Source: Adineta vaga (taxonomy: Eukaryota; Animalia; Rotifera). Taken from it: DNA of 64,000 nt. The DNA is taken from positions 9,362,001 to 9,426,000 of the forward strand of contig CP075494.1 in NCBI GenBank assembly GCA_021613535.1, written 5' to 3'. The notes under the pieces are model-generated. The model did no database searches. It was given only the letters and a program-made list of their open reading frames with translations, and was not told where the DNA came from. Made by a program: the position numbers and the translations under genes. Numbering within the stretch: the stretch's first letter is position 1; every line of letters begins with the position of its first letter. This document shows, in pieces, positions 62,767 through 64,000 of this stretch.

Positions 62767-64000
62767 CTAGATCGCTAGAATAGATAAGAATATTATTAAG
62801 AAAATTAATATTGACGATTTGGACGAACAATTTTTCTGAGCAATTGATTGAGTTGTAACTAACGTCGATAGAATATTACGTTTTGCTAGAACAAAAACAA
62901 CTTTATTCTCTTTATCTTTTCATTCAAATATATAAAACCTACGTGATTCATTCTCATTAGTACTAATAAAGGTCGGAGATGTAGACAAATTCATCACTGA
63001 TGATGAAGGTCGATGTTCTGTTATATGTTTGATTTGCTTCACTGATTGAGTTGATTCTAAAAATAAATTATACATTTAGATTATCAAGGTTTATTATGAA
63101 TGAGATGTCTACAAACCTTTAAGTACAAATTCAGCATGATTAACACCTACTGAATTTCTTGCTCGACAAACATATGGACCAAATAATGATGGATGATTTA
63201 ACTACGCGAGCGAGAAAAGAGAAAGGCATGTAAAATAAGAGATTTTCAATTGAGAAAATCAAATTATCTCATACATAAATCGTCACTGTTATTTGTCTGC
63301 ATGTTTGATTAACAAATTCTTCGAATTTCTCTTTCAATCCTTTCTTAATTGGTACAGCTTTTTTCGGTCGAAAAACATCAAATATTGTTGGTGCTGGTAT
63401 TGAACAAGCTTGACATGTAATCGTTGCTGAATCATACAAACGGAAATAAGACAAATGAAACGGAACTGTAACCATTGGTTTATCTAAATTTTTTTCTTCT
63501 GTATATACAGGATGTTAATGAATAAGAAAACTATGACTTACATTTCACATCAAGAAGAAATTGTCGATTGACAGTACTTAATGTATTAGTTGCTGAACAA
63601 TCGACTCGACCAGAATCAAACCGTGACACATTACGTAAGATAAGAATGCTTTCATTTCTACCCTCAACTATAAAGAAGATAGATATGTGTGTGACAGGAT
63701 GTCAATTCATTCTTTATTCTTCAACATACCCAATGCAACTATTCCTGGCCTCGATAAACCATTGACATGCCAAAGAATCAATGGTGCTGGATGACCAGTA
63801 GCTACACATGAGAATTCTGCATCACGACCTTCACGAACTGTCATATGCATATGTTCAGGCGTATGTGAAATAATTCGTGGTGGTACTAGAAATGAAATTA
63901 CTATTGTTAGTTCGAATCATAATTTAATGTTTATTACTGTCAAAATAAGCAATTGCTAAGGTGTGTATGTCATACTTGAAAAACAATTAGCTTCGATGTA
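62767..64000 (-). CDS. Ig-superfamily cell-surface protein with a GPI-anchor-like tail (Lachesin/DIP/IgLON-like), 5' truncated by the window edge
   Basis: PPRII...VREGRDAEFSCVATGHPAPLILW...LILRNVSRFDSGRVDCSATN, a second Ig domain (ATITCQA...GPYVCRARNSVG) and a hydrophobic C-terminus SSILIFLIIFLSILAI*. Confidence 0.85.

Overview
AT-rich, gene-dense eukaryotic (metazoan) genomic DNA with many ~50-65 nt GT-AG introns. The intron sizes, an intronless orphan GPCR and a low-complexity EF-hand protein suggest a bdelloid rotifer; this is inference and was not verified. By splicing exons by eye I reconstructed 21 protein-coding genes: UCKL1, RPL10A, PHAX, DNAJC16, FAM53-like, a long coiled-coil protein, DZANK1, CDC45, MTR4/MTREX, PKA catalytic subunit, eIF2D, SMAP ArfGAP, a K2P channel, an orphan GPCR, an LRR-TM protein, an EF-hand protein, a CD164/porimin-like mucin, REEP-like, ERCC8/CSA, a short coiled-coil protein and a partial GPI-anchored Ig protein. 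I saw no rRNA, tRNA, CRISPR array, intact transposon or foreign-looking gene. Five observations stand out. (1) Several co-oriented housekeeping gene pairs sit only 120-220 bp apart, with a poly(A) signal followed by an unpaired splice acceptor in the spacer, while a CCAATCAGA box was seen only upstream of the first gene; this is an operon / SL trans-splicing-like layout. (2) The essential gene CDC45 carries a frameshift that canonical splicing cannot resolve. (3) The PKA catalytic subunit has 4-5 in-phase alternative first exons, including a Met-Cys isoform and one lacking the A-helix. (4) The K2P channel has three alternative first exons and its GYG filter lies on a 19-nt microexon. (5) A divergent FAM53-like gene is recognisable only from short motifs.
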